Part shown: positions 11,578 through 21,497 of the stretch, one piece after another
Layout of the letters: each line of letters opens with the position of its first letter
How positions within the stretch are numbered: position 1 is the first letter of the stretch
DNA from: an uncultured Acidobacteriota bacterium
GTDB taxonomy: Bacteria > Acidobacteriota > Thermoanaerobaculia > Gp7-AA8
NCBI GenBank assembly: GCA_963822445.1
Contig: CAWGHO010000002.1
Location: 896,001 to 960,000 of the forward strand
Direction of reading: 5' to 3'
Length of the DNA: 64,000 bases
Program-made: the position numbers and the translations under genes
The notes under the pieces: model-generated
The model's input: the letters and a program-made list of their open reading frames with translations, nothing else
What the model was told of the DNA's origin: nothing
Database searches by the model: none

Positions 11578-12870
11578 ATGGCACTCGAAGGCACACTCCG
11601 CGACTTCAGTCTGGCTGACATCTTCCAGCTCATCGGTCTGCAGCGAAAGACCGGCGTGCTGACGCTGCGCAGCAAGGACGACACGGTCACGGTCACCTTC
11701 CTGGACGGCAAAGTCGTCGGCGCGGATTCCCTGAACCGCCGCCTCGAGAATCGCCTGGGCACGGTGCTGATGCGCACCGGTTTCCTGACGCAGGACCAGC
11801 TCAATCGCGCGCTGGAGATCCAGAAAGAGACGCTCCAGCGTCTCGGCTTCATCCTCACGCATTACGGGATCATCTCCGCCGAATCGCTGAAGGAAGCGAT
11901 TCAGCTGCAGATCATGCAGGTCGTCTATCGCCTCTTCCGCTGGAAGGACGGCGACTACCACTTCTCGCAAGAGACGACCATCGAGTACGACCGCGACAAC
12001 GTCACCCCGATCAGCGCCGAATCGATCCTGATGGAAGGCGCGCGGATGATCGACGAATGGCCGATCATCGAGAAGCGGATCCGCTCGTACGACATGGTCT
12101 TCCGCAAGAAGCTGACCGATCAGGAGATCGTGGTCGTCGGCGCGGATGAGGCGGATGAAGTCGACTTCGACGGCATTCCGGCCAAGAAGAAGAGAGGCAG
12201 CAGCCTCACCGAACAGATCCGCATCTCGCAGGAAGAGAAGGCGATCTACGACATGGTCGACGGGACGATGTCGGTCGGGGACATCGTGGAAGTGGCGCGG
12301 CTTTCCGAGTTCGACACGAACAAGGCGCTGTACGAGCTCTTGACCCGCGACCTGATCGAGGAAGTGAAGGGCGGCGGCGCCGCGGCGGTCGTCGAGGCTG
12401 CGACGCCGATGGACGAGATCGAGGTCGCGGAAACGCCGGTTCCGCTGCCGCTCGTGCTCTTCCTGGTGGTGCTCGCTCTGGCGTCGCTGGTGACGTCCTT
12501 CAAGAATCCGCTCAACGGCTTCCGTTCGTTGACCGGTGGCGTGTCGATGATCGCCGAAACGCGAAAAGCCATTTCGTTGCAGCGCATCGAGGCGATCGGC
12601 CAGGGCATCGAGAAGTACAACGTGGTGCACGGCACGCTCCCGCAGCAGCTGACCGATCTCTCGCCGCATTACGTTTCGACGTCGCTGCTGCACGACCCCT
12701 GGGGCAATCCGTACAAGTACCTGAAGCGTCCCGAGCGCTACCTGGTGATCGGCTTCACGAGCGACGGCAAGGCCGATCCGGATCTGTTCCTGTCTCGCGC
12801 GATCGGCGCGCCGTCCGTGGCACCGGTGACGCTGGTGCCGGAGACGGGCGGCATCAGCCTGGTCGAGTAA
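11578..12870 (+). CDS. DUF4388 (PATAN-like) protein with a TM segment and C-terminal GspG/T2SSG-like domain
   Basis: MALEGTLRDFSLADIFQLIGLQRKTGVL; RLG..L...G MshEN-like segments; one TM; LHDPWGNPYKY pseudopilin-like motif. Confidence 0.8.
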   Translation: MALEGTLRDFSLADIFQLIGLQRKTGVLTLRSKDDTVTVTFLDGKVVGADSLNRRLENRLGTVLMRTGFLTQDQLNRALEIQKETLQRLGFILTHYGIISAESLKEAIQLQIMQVVYRLFRWKDGDYHFSQETTIEYDRDNVTPISAESILMEGARMIDEWPIIEKRIRSYDMVFRKKLTDQEIVVVGADEADEVDFDGIPAKKKRGSSLTEQIRISQEEKAIYDMVDGTMSVGDIVEVARLSEFDTNKALYELLTRDLIEEVKGGGAAAVVEAATPMDEIEVAETPVPLPLVLFLVVLALASLVTSFKNPLNGFRSLTGGVSMIAETRKAISLQRIEAIGQGIEKYNVVHGTLPQQLTDLSPHYVSTSLLHDPWGNPYKYLKRPERYLVIGFTSDGKADPDLFLSRAIGAPSVAPVTLVPETGGISLVE

Positions 12871-12871
12871 G

Positions 12872-12944
12872 CCCCGTGTAGTGTGGGCCTCTGGCCTACC
12901 TTAACCCCCACCCGAAGTAGGCCGGAGGCCCACACTACACGGGG
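12872..12944. repeat. REP-like palindromic doublet, family B, copy 1
   Basis: CCCCGTGTAGTGTGGGCCTCTGGCCTAC (12872-12899) / GTAGGCCGGAGGCCCACACTACACGGGG (12917-12944), one mismatch; contains the TAG stop of the lipid kinase gene. Confidence 0.9.
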
Positions 12945-13810
12945 ACGACAATCCGCAACCGCTGCGGCGCGATCCCGAAACTCACCGGCGTCTTCGTCAA
13001 CGGCTCTCCATCGGCGTACACCGCCATAGCCTGCTCGCTCTCGAAGTGAAACTCGCGGCCGCGGCGCATCTCCACGAACGCGCTCTTCACGTGCGCGCCG
13101 GTGTAGGCCTTGGGCAAGGTCTTGAGCAACTCCACGCGCGTCGTGCGATGAACGATGCAGAGGTCGAGCAGACCGTCGTCGAGGCTGGCGTCAGGCGTGA
13201 TGCGGATGCCGCCGCCGTACTGTCGGGTGTTGCCGATGGCGGCGAACATGATCTGCTCGTCGCGCACGCCGCTCTCGGTGCGGATGCGAACGGGACGCGG
13301 CGTGAACTTCGGCAGGACCCGGAAGATCGCGTACAAGTAGACGGCGGAGCCGCGAAGGTAAGGCACGCCGCGATTCGCGAGCTCGGCCACCTCGGAATCG
13401 AAGCCGAGTCCGGCCACGCCGAGGTAGCGGATTCCGTTGGCCAGCGCGACGTCGACCTCGCGAACGCTGCCGTCGATCACGACGTCGCACGCAGCGCGGA
13501 TCTTGCGCGGAATCCCGACGACGCGCGCGAAGTCATCGCCCGAGCCGGTCGGAATGAGCGCCAGCGTTCCCTTCTCGAGGTCGAACTCGCGAACGGCCAG
13601 GTTCAGCGTCCCGTCGCCGCCGCAGATCACGACCCGGTCGTAATTGCCGCGCGAGCTGTCCGCGGCGATGCGCACGAGGTCGCCTGGATCGGTGCTCGGC
13701 TCGCAATCGACGCGCGCACCGCGGCCGCGCAGATGCTCTTCGACCTCGCGCACCCACCGCCGCGCCTTCCCCCGGCCGGCCATGGGGTTGTAAATGACTT
13801 TGAGATGCAC
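12935..13810 (-). CDS. YegS/Rv2252/BmrU-family diacylglycerol/lipid kinase
   Basis: IYNPMAG, GGDGT, IPTGSGDDFA, GLGFDS, YGGG, DDGLLD and ADGE motifs. Confidence 0.92.
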   Translation of the reverse strand: MHLKVIYNPMAGRGKARRWVREVEEHLRGRGARVDCEPSTDPGDLVRIAADSSRGNYDRVVICGGDGTLNLAVREFDLEKGTLALIPTGSGDDFARVVGIPRKIRAACDVVIDGSVREVDVALANGIRYLGVAGLGFDSEVAELANRGVPYLRGSAVYLYAIFRVLPKFTPRPVRIRTESGVRDEQIMFAAIGNTRQYGGGIRITPDASLDDGLLDLCIVHRTTRVELLKTLPKAYTGAHVKSAFVEMRRGREFHFESEQAMAVYADGEPLTKTPVSFGIAPQRLRIVVPV

Positions 13811-13827
13811 GGAGCGACGGAGTGTAC

Positions 13828-14089
13828 CGGTTACGGGGTTTCGGGGTTGCGGGGTTCCGGGGTTCCGGGGTTCCGGGGTTCCGGGGTTCCGGGGTTCCGG
13901 GGTTCCGGGTTGTCAGGTTGTCAGGTTCTCGAGCAGCCCGACCCGATAACTCGACAACTCGACAACCCGACAACCACCCCGCAACCCCGCAACCCCGCAA
14001 CCCGACAACCACCCCGCAACCCCGCAACCCCGCAACCCCGTAACCTCGCAACCTCGCAACCTCGCAACCTCGCAACCTCGTAACCCGTA
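13828..14089. repeat. Inverted octamer tandem array 1
   Basis: Left arm GGGGTTTC, GGGGTTGC, (GGGGTTCC)x7, then (R)GGTTGTC units; right arm CTCGACAA, CCCCGCAA and CCTCGCAA units, the approximate reverse complement; fills the gap between two divergent genes. Confidence 0.95.
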
Positions 14090-14100
14090 GAATCCAATCG

Positions 14101-15460
14101 ATGAAGTTCCGAATCACAGCTCTGGTCGCCATCCTCATCACCATCAACTGCAAGCCCGCCGCGGAGTCGCAGCCGGCGCGTCCGGCCCAGCAGAACATCC
14201 CTCCGACCGTCAGCGCCGCGCGCCGCACGCCGATCGTCGTCGTCGCGCACAATGTGCTGCCGACCGTCGTCAACATTCAGACCGAGGCCACGATCCGGCG
14301 CCGCGCGGTCGACCCGTTTTTCGATCCGTTCGGCTTCTTCGGCGGACGCGAGCGCGCCTACACCTCGCAATCCCTCGGCTCCGGCTTCGTCTGGTCGAGC
14401 GACGGAATCATCGTCACCAACAACCACGTCGTCGAAGGGGCGTCGCGCATCACCGTGAACTTCAACGACGGCCGCCAGCTGCCGGCGAAGCTCCTCGGCG
14501 TCGATCCGGACAGCGATCTCGCCGTTCTGCGCGTCGATGAACGAGGATCTGACCGCGGCGCCGATCGGCACATCCGGCGATCTGATGATCGGCGAGAGCG
14601 TGGTCGCGGTCGGCAATCCATTCGGACTCTCGGGAACCGTGACGACGGGCGTGGTCTCCGCGCTCGGCCGCTCCGTTCCCTCGCAGGATCAGAGCCGCAC
14701 CTTCACCGACTTCATTCAGACCGATGCCTCGATCAACCCCGGCAACTCCGGCGGTCCACTGCTGAACATCGAGGGGAAAGTCATCGGCATCAACGTCGCG
14801 ATTTACGCGCAGGCGCAGGGCATCGGCTTCGCCATCCCCGTCGACCGCGCGCGCAAGGTCATTCAGGACCTGCTGCGTTTCGGCGAAGTTCACGCGGCGT
14901 GGATCGGCGCGGTCACGGCGACGCTCACTCCCGAGGAAGCGAAGCGGCTGGGGCAAAGCGCGCAGCGCGGCGCGCTGGTCGTGCGCGTGTTTTCTGGCTC
15001 GCCGGCGGAACAGGCGGGTCTGCGCGCAGGTGATGTGATCACCACCGTCGCGGGCAAACCGGTCGACTCCCGCGAATCGTTTTCGACAGCGACGGCGACA
15101 CTCGCTTCGAGCCAACCCGTGGCGATCTCGATCATCCGCTCCGGCTCGACGCAAACCATTCAGGTGCGCCCCGCCGATCCGCCGGGCGGTCTCGGCTTGC
15201 GCATGCTCGAGGAAGTGGCAGGTTTGCGCGTCGCGGACGAGAGCCGTTCGGTCGTGATCGATGAAGTCCTCGCGCGCTCGCGCGCCGCGGACATCGGTCT
15301 CGCGCAGGGTGACGTGATCGTCGCGGTGAACGGCTCGGAAGTGAAGTCGACGCGCGATCTGAACACGGAGCTCATTCGCGGCGTGGAGCGCTCGTCGATC
15401 GTGTTGTCGGTGGCGCGGGGCAGGTTCGTTTACAACCTGACCTTCCCGATGGGGGTCTAG
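14101..15460 (+). CDS. DegP/HtrA-like serine protease with two PDZ domains, frameshifted near 14541-14548 (pseudogene or sequence error)
   Basis: First frame has LGSGF, TNNHVV and DSDLAV; second frame continues with [27 protein letters not shown] and PDZ domains; one extra base at GAT GAA CGA G GAT CTG. Confidence 0.88.
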
Positions 15461-15463
15461 TCG

Positions 15464-15928
15464 CTAAAACAACGCGGCCTGCACGGCCTGCGGAACAACC
15501 GCCGCAACGACCGGCCTCCGCAACTCGTTCCGCTTCCGCCCCAGCAGAATCCAGAGGTTGCGCCGCACCCACTCCTGCGACTCGCGGTGATAGTGGAACT
15601 GCCGCTCCGCGCGATGGAAGCGGCTGTTGTGATGCGCGCCGAGGACGTGGTGCAGGTATTCGTGGTGGATCACCGACTGGATGAAGAACGCCGGCACGTT
15701 CGCGGCGTTGAGGATCGGATGAATGCGGATCTCCGCCGTGGCGTGGTTGTAGGAGCCGAGGCGGATGCTGCGGCGGCGCTTGCGGGTGATCTGCTGGCCC
15801 CAGCGGACCGGCAGCGGCGGATATTTGGAGAAGTAGGTGCGATGCACCTCGGCGGCAAGCGACTCGAGGTGATGGTGGGTGTTGAAGAGAAGCGGGATAG
15901 GCGGCGTGTCGGCTTTTCTGACCGGCAT
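15464..15928 (-). CDS. SprT-like / zincin metallopeptidase domain protein
   Basis: RLGSY...IRIHPIL...VIHHEYLHH....H...F (HExxH plus a downstream His). Confidence 0.75.
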   Translation of the reverse strand: MPVRKADTPPIPLLFNTHHHLESLAAEVHRTYFSKYPPLPVRWGQQITRKRRRSIRLGSYNHATAEIRIHPILNAANVPAFFIQSVIHHEYLHHVLGAHHNSRFHRAERQFHYHRESQEWVRRNLWILLGRKRNELRRPVVAAVVPQAVQAALF

Positions 15929-15956
15929 CGCCGCCTATTGTCTCACGGCGAGGCGG

Positions 15957-16295
15957 TCAGCCTTCGCCTTTGACCTTGTCCATCACCTGCGACACGTTGG
16001 CCATCGCCGCGGCGGAGACCAGGGACGTGCCCGCGGCGATGATCTCGTCGCTCTTCTTCATTCCGAGCCAGAGACCGACGCCGACGCCGATCGCGACCGC
16101 GGTGATCGGGAAGGTGCGAATGTGCTCGCGCCACTCCTCGGGAAGCAGCTCTTCGATCTCGTCCAGCACCGCACCGGGACCGCCTTCGACCATCTTCGCG
16201 CCGAGGGATGCGGCTTTGTCGCGCAGGCCGCCCTGCTCGTCGAAATCGAGACCGGCCGCGGACCGCTCGTGCTCATCAGGGGAACGTTTCGGCAT
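15957..16295 (-). CDS. Small membrane-anchored protein with a DUF883-like C-terminal motif
   Basis: IRTFPITAVAIGVGVGLWLG; CAGGAG upstream; directly follows a DUF883-like gene. Confidence 0.6.
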   Translation of the reverse strand: MPKRSPDEHERSAAGLDFDEQGGLRDKAASLGAKMVEGGPGAVLDEIEELLPEEWREHIRTFPITAVAIGVGVGLWLGMKKSDEIIAAGTSLVSAAAMANVSQVMDKVKGEG

Positions 16296-16309
16296 GAATG
16301 ACTCCTGGG

Positions 16310-16609
16310 TTAGTCCTCGTCGTCGCGGCGGAGCAGAAGGCCGATCAGGAAACCGACGCCGACCGAGATCAGCAGGGCCTTGCCGGGATTCGACCGGACG
16401 TAGGTGCGGACCTGATCGGTGATTTCGCCGAAATCGACGTCCTCGACCCGCTCGCGCGTCGAGCTGTAGGCATTGCGAACCGCGCCTGACGCGGCTTCGT
16501 ATTTCTGATTCACGAATTCTTTGGCGCGGCCGAAGCGGCCTTCGCCGCCGGTATCACCGGCATCGGTTGCGCTTCCTCCGCCCGCTGTTCCGGTAGGGTT
16601 TTCGTCCAT
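16310..16609 (-). CDS. DUF883 (ElaB/YqjD-like) tail-anchored protein
   Basis: YVRSNPGKALLISVGVGFLIGLLLRR; AGGAGG Shine-Dalgarno before ATG 16609. Confidence 0.8.
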   Translation of the reverse strand: MDENPTGTAGGGSATDAGDTGGEGRFGRAKEFVNQKYEAASGAVRNAYSSTRERVEDVDFGEITDQVRTYVRSNPGKALLISVGVGFLIGLLLRRDDED

Positions 16610-16651
16610 AGGTACCTCCTGTGGGCCGGACTCTATATCAGCCGCCCTTTC

Positions 16652-16668
16652 TGCAGCGGCCGTGCCCA
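16652..16668 (-). promoter_or_regulatory. Probable sigma-54 promoter for the DUF883 operon
   Basis: Minus strand TGGGCACGGCCGCTGCA matches YTGGCACGrNNNTTGCW with two mismatches and exact GG-N10-GC spacing, about 40 nt upstream of the start. Confidence 0.55.
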
Positions 16669-16682
16669 TACAATCGCGCGCA

Positions 16683-17357
16683 ATGCGCGTGGCCCTTCGC
16701 AACGTCAGTCACGATTACGGCTCGAGTGACGAGTCCGCCGCCGTGCATGTGCTCGACGACGTCTCGCTGGAGATCGCGTCGGGCGATTTCGCGGTGCTGA
16801 TGGGCGCGTCGGGAAGCGGCAAGTCGACGCTCCTGAATCTGATCGGTGCCGTCGATCAGCCCACGAGCGGCAAGGTCTTTCTGGGCGACATCGAGACCTC
16901 GTCGCTCGATGAAAAACGGCTCACCGATCTGCGGCGTCACTCGATCGGATTCATCTTCCAGTTCTTCAATCTCATTCCGACGCTCGACGTGTTCGAGAAC
17001 GTCGCCTTTCCGCTGTCGCTGGCGAGGCGGGCAAAGAGCGAAATTCGCGATCGCGTGGCTGCAGTCCTCGAGCAGGTCGGCCTCGCCCATCGCGCGAAGC
17101 ACTTCCCCAACGAGCTTTCCGGCGGCGAGATGCAGCGCGTCGCCATCGGCCGCGCGATCATCCATCGTCCGCCGCTGCTTCTCGCCGACGAGCCGACCGG
17201 GAATCTCGATTCGGTCACGGGGCTGAGCATTCTCGAGCTGATCCGGGAGGTTCACCAGGCCTTCAAGCCGACCATCGTCATGGCCACGCATTCCGCGGTC
17301 GCGTCCGAGTACGGCCATTACGTCGTGCAGATCACCGATGGGCGTCTCGCGCGATGA
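16683..17357 (+). CDS. ABC transporter ATP-binding protein (LolD/MacB/AttE-like)
   Basis: [37 protein letters not shown]. Start at ATG 16683. Confidence 0.93.
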   Translation: MRVALRNVSHDYGSSDESAAVHVLDDVSLEIASGDFAVLMGASGSGKSTLLNLIGAVDQPTSGKVFLGDIETSSLDEKRLTDLRRHSIGFIFQFFNLIPTLDVFENVAFPLSLARRAKSEIRDRVAAVLEQVGLAHRAKHFPNELSGGEMQRVAIGRAIIHRPPLLLADEPTGNLDSVTGLSILELIREVHQAFKPTIVMATHSAVASEYGHYVVQITDGRLAR

Positions 17358-19900
17358 TCCTGCGCGCGCTCGTTCTTCGTCCCATCCTGCGCGAGAAGTT
17401 CCGCACCATGCTCACGATTCTCGGCATCGCCGTCGGTGTCGCAGTAGTCGTTGCCATTCAGCTCGCGAATCAGAGCGCGTTGCGCGCGTTTCGCGAATCC
17501 GTCGATGCCATCGCCGGCCGCGCGAACTACATGATCGTTCCCGAGGTCGCGCTGCTCGACGAGAGCGTTTTGATCGACTTGCAGCCGCTGTGGGCGAAGG
17601 GGGTGCGCTTCGCGCCGGTCATCGATGTGGAAGGCACGATCGAGCCGGCGTCACTGCCCGTGCGCATCCTCGCAGTCGATCTGATGAGCGATCTTCACTT
17701 CCGCGATTACCGCTACGCGAAGATCGTCCTTCCCGTAGAGAGCGCCCAAAAAGGGCCGGCGTACACCACCTACCTCGCCCTCTTTCAGCCCGACTCGATC
17801 ATCCTGCCCGCACCGTTCGCGGCGGAACGCGGCCTCGCCCTCGGCAGCAAGGTCACGCTCAACGTGCTCGGGCATCGCCGCACGCTCACCCTGCGCGGCA
17901 TGCTCGAGTCGAAGGGACCGGCGACGGCGTTCAACGGCGCGATGGTGATCTGCGACATCTCCGTGGCCCAGCGCAACTTCGGCATGACCGGCAAGCTGTC
18001 GCGTGTCGATCTGATGGTTCCGGACGAGGTCTTGCTGAAGCAGATTGCCATTCCGGAAGGCGCGCGCATCGAACGTCCCTCGCGGCGCAACGAGCGCGTC
18101 GAGAAGATGCTCCGAGCGTTCCGCGTGAACCTGTTCGCGCTCTCCGGCGTGGCACTGCTGGTGGGGATGTTCCTCGTCTACAACACCGTGCTCATCTCGA
18201 TTCTGCGGCGGCGCAAGGACGTCGGCATTCTCAAGACCGTCGGCACCGCGCCGCGCCAGATCTTCGCGGCGTTCCTCGGCGAAGGTCTGCTCTTCGGCCT
18301 CCTCGGCTCGATCCTCGGCATCCTCCTCGGCTCCGCGCTGGCCATCGCGATCCTCGGCTTCGTCGGACGGACCATCAACACGCTCTACGTCAAATCGCAG
18401 CCGCAGTCGGTCGAGCTCACGCCGGGCGTGATCGCGCTGGGGATGGCTGTCGGCACGATCCTGTCGCTCGTCTCCGCGCTGCAACCGGCGCTCGAGGCGT
18501 CGCGCGTGCGCCCGACGGCGATGATCCGCGCGGGTCTGCAGCAACGCGTTACGCACTCGCGCGCGCTCGCGCTCACCGCCGTCGGCTGCTTCATCGTCGC
18601 CGCACTCGTGTCGAGGCTCCCGCCCGTCGACGGGATCGCCGTCGCCGGCTACGTCGCGGTGACCTTCGTCGTCGCCGGCTTTTCTCTGCTCGCGCCGTCG
18701 ATCCTGCGCCTGACCACGGCCATGCTCTCGCCGCTGCTCGAAGCGCTGTTCGGTGTCGCCGGACGGCTGGCCGCGGTCGCTCTTCCCGCTTCGCTGCGAC
18801 GCACGTCCATCGCCGGCGCGGCGCTTTCGGTCGCGACGGGAATGATGGTCGCGGTCGCGCTGATGGTCGGCAGTTTCCGCGAGACCGTGCGCATCTGGGT
18901 CGATCAGACCGTGCAATCCGACCTCTGGCTCCGGCCGGCGAAAGGGTTGTCGAACGCGCCTCTCGAGCTGTTTCCGGCGGAGATCGCGGACGATCTTCGA
19001 AAGCTGTCGTTCATCGCCGCCTTCGATCGCATCCGCGCCCGCGACATCCTCTACGGCGACTCCGTCGTCATGCTGACCTCGGGCGAGTTCGACGTGGCCG
19101 AGCGCAACGCCGGTTTGAAGATGGTCTCGCCGCGATCAGCCACCGACGCGTTGCGCGCCGCGCAGCAGACCAACGGCGTGTTCGTGTCTGAGACGTTCTC
19201 CACGCGATACGGGAAGCACGTCGGAGACTTCGTCGATCTGCCGAAGCTGCGTCTCCCCATCCGCGGCATTTATCGCGATTACTCGAACGACCGCGGCGTC
19301 ATCGTCATGGACCGCAAGCTTTACGTGAAGACGTTCGGCGACGAGACAACGAACACGATCGTCGTTTACCTCAAGCCCGGCGTGACCCTCGACGGCGCGC
19401 GCAAAGCGCTGGAACGAGCACTCGGCGCGAAGTACGGCGCGTTCGTCATCACCAACGCCGAGATCCGCAAAGAGGTCATGACCATCTTCGATCAGACCTT
19501 CATGATCACCTACGCCTTGCTCGGCGTCGCGATCGTCGTCGCCGTGCTCGGCATCGTGAACACGATGACCGCACTCATCCTCGAGCGAAGCCGCGAGCTC
19601 GCCCTGTTGCGCGTCACCGGCCTCTCCGCCGCGGAGCTGCGGACGATGCTCGTCCTCGAGTCGGCAATCCTCGGCGTCGCATCGACAGCCACGGGACTGG
19701 TGATGGGTTACGCGTTGTCGTGGATTCTGATCAACGTCATCAACAAGCAATCCTTCGGCTGGACGATCGACTTCCACACCCCGGCCGCGCTCATCGCGGC
19801 GTCGCTCGGCATCACTCTGCTCGCGTCCGCACTGGCCGGCCTGGCACCCGCACGAATGGCCAATCGCATCCACATCGCCAGTGCAATCAAGAGCGAGTAG
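17354..19900 (+). CDS. ABC transporter permease, double FtsX/MacB-type (AttFG-like)
   Basis: Two MacB-PCD plus FtsX halves; AFRVNLFALS, YRDYSNDRG, IFDQTF.IT, INKQSFGWT; ATGA overlap with the ATPase. Confidence 0.9.
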   Translation: MILRALVLRPILREKFRTMLTILGIAVGVAVVVAIQLANQSALRAFRESVDAIAGRANYMIVPEVALLDESVLIDLQPLWAKGVRFAPVIDVEGTIEPASLPVRILAVDLMSDLHFRDYRYAKIVLPVESAQKGPAYTTYLALFQPDSIILPAPFAAERGLALGSKVTLNVLGHRRTLTLRGMLESKGPATAFNGAMVICDISVAQRNFGMTGKLSRVDLMVPDEVLLKQIAIPEGARIERPSRRNERVEKMLRAFRVNLFALSGVALLVGMFLVYNTVLISILRRRKDVGILKTVGTAPRQIFAAFLGEGLLFGLLGSILGILLGSALAIAILGFVGRTINTLYVKSQPQSVELTPGVIALGMAVGTILSLVSALQPALEASRVRPTAMIRAGLQQRVTHSRALALTAVGCFIVAALVSRLPPVDGIAVAGYVAVTFVVAGFSLLAPSILRLTTAMLSPLLEALFGVAGRLAAVALPASLRRTSIAGAALSVATGMMVAVALMVGSFRETVRIWVDQTVQSDLWLRPAKGLSNAPLELFPAEIADDLRKLSFIAAFDRIRARDILYGDSVVMLTSGEFDVAERNAGLKMVSPRSATDALRAAQQTNGVFVSETFSTRYGKHVGDFVDLPKLRLPIRGIYRDYSNDRGVIVMDRKLYVKTFGDETTNTIVVYLKPGVTLDGARKALERALGAKYGAFVITNAEIRKEVMTIFDQTFMITYALLGVAIVVAVLGIVNTMTALILERSRELALLRVTGLSAAELRTMLVLESAILGVASTATGLVMGYALSWILINVINKQSFGWTIDFHTPAALIAASLGITLLASALAGLAPARMANRIHIASAIKSE

Positions 19901-19927
19901 ACTCGCCGCTCACGCAAGGAGGCCCCG

Positions 19928-21484
19928 ATGAAACGCGCATTGCTACTCGCAGTGGTCGTTGTTCTCGTCCCCCTCACCCTCTCCGCGCAGACCACGGGCG
20001 ACAACCGCCCGACACTCGTTCTGCTCAACGCCAAAGTCTTCACCGCCGATCCCGCGAAGCCGTGGGCCGAGGCGGTTGCCATTCAGGGCTCGAAGATCCT
20101 GGCCGTCGGCACGATGGCCGAGATCCGCCGGCTCGTTCCGGACGATCCGAAGTTTCCCGTGATCGATCTGCGCGGCCGCGTGGTCATCCCCGGCATCAAC
20201 GACGCGCACACGCATCCCGGCGACGCCGCCACCGCCTTCCGTCCATCGATCGGCTTCGACGTCGGTTGGTCCGAGGCTCAGGCAGCCATTGCGAACGCCA
20301 TCGATGAGACACCCGGCGACATGTGGATCGTCGGCACACTCGGACCTCGACTCGCCAGCGATCCCAGCCTCACCAGAACGCAACTCGACAAGCTCGCGCC
20401 CGGACGCAAGATCATCCTGCGCTCGTTCACCGGACACGGCGCCGTGTTGAGCAGCGCAGCGATGGCGGCGCTCGGCGTGGGTGAAAATGCCGTCGATCCG
20501 CCGGGCGGCTCGTTCGGACGCGACGAAAGCGGCCGCCTGAATGGCCGGGTCTCCGAGTACGCGCAATGGGCGCTCGATCGGCGTTTCTACAACCTGGCCA
20601 CCGATGACGAACTGGTCGACTCGGTGCGTTCCTTCGCCGCGGAAGCGCTGCAGTACGGGATCACCTCCGTGCAGGCGATGCCCAACCCCGACGAAGCGCG
20701 CTTCATGAAAGCCTGGCGCGCGGCGGGCGTGCCCATCCGCCTGCGCGTGATCAACTTTCCTACGACGCCGGACGCGCCACTGGTGACGGGCGCGCGGGGT
20801 CTGAAGTGGATCTTCGACGGAACGCCGATCGAGCGCGGTGCCGCGGTGCGCAAACCGTACAGCGGCGGCGGGCAGGGCAGCATCAACTTCAAGGACATCG
20901 CCGGCCCGATCAAGCGCGCCCGCGAGACCAATCAACAACTGCTGGTCCATGCGTCGGGTGACGAGACCATCGCCAGGCTCCTCGCGGCGATGAACGCCAT
21001 CTCACCGAACGAATGGGCGGCGAAGCGGCCTCGCATCGAGCACGGCGACGGCCTGCAACGCGATCTCTTCGACGCCACGAAACGCCTCGGCATCGTCGTC
21101 GTCCAGAACCCGTCGCATTTCCCTTTCCGCGGCGCGTTTCCCGCGGGCGATTACATGCTCGCGAAATCGATCGTCGACGCCGGAATCCCGCTGGCCTTCG
21201 GCTCGGACGGTCCGTTGAACCCGTTCCTGAACATCATGTTCGCCACCGATCGGCCCGATCTTCCTGCCGAGGCTCTGACGCGGGAGCAGGCGGTGACGGC
21301 TTACACGGCGACGGCGGCCTACGCGGAATTCGAGGAAGGGAAGAAGGGAAAAATCGCTCCGGGGATGCTCGCGGACCTGGCCGTCTTGTCGGACGACGTC
21401 TTCAAGTCGCGCATCGCCAACCTCCCCGAGATCCGCAGCGTCATGACGATCATCGACGGGAAGATCGTGTACCAGAACCTGTAG
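19928..21484 (+). CDS. Exported amidohydrolase_3 (YtcJ-like) metallohydrolase
   Basis: Signal peptide; DLRGRVVIPGINDAHTH, VHASGD, RIEH, FGSD, G.IAPGMLAD. Confidence 0.88.
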   Translation: MKRALLLAVVVVLVPLTLSAQTTGDNRPTLVLLNAKVFTADPAKPWAEAVAIQGSKILAVGTMAEIRRLVPDDPKFPVIDLRGRVVIPGINDAHTHPGDAATAFRPSIGFDVGWSEAQAAIANAIDETPGDMWIVGTLGPRLASDPSLTRTQLDKLAPGRKIILRSFTGHGAVLSSAAMAALGVGENAVDPPGGSFGRDESGRLNGRVSEYAQWALDRRFYNLATDDELVDSVRSFAAEALQYGITSVQAMPNPDEARFMKAWRAAGVPIRLRVINFPTTPDAPLVTGARGLKWIFDGTPIERGAAVRKPYSGGGQGSINFKDIAGPIKRARETNQQLLVHASGDETIARLLAAMNAISPNEWAAKRPRIEHGDGLQRDLFDATKRLGIVVVQNPSHFPFRGAFPAGDYMLAKSIVDAGIPLAFGSDGPLNPFLNIMFATDRPDLPAEALTREQAVTAYTATAAYAEFEEGKKGKIAPGMLADLAVLSDDVFKSRIANLPEIRSVMTIIDGKIVYQNL

Positions 21485-21497
21485 GAGAAATGGCCCG

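Noticed and set aside
13828-14089. CRISPR array or coding ORFs (13533-14276, 13822-14043) over the repeat region
   Set aside because: Units are 8 nt with no unique spacers and no cas genes; the translations are low-complexity repeat artefacts.
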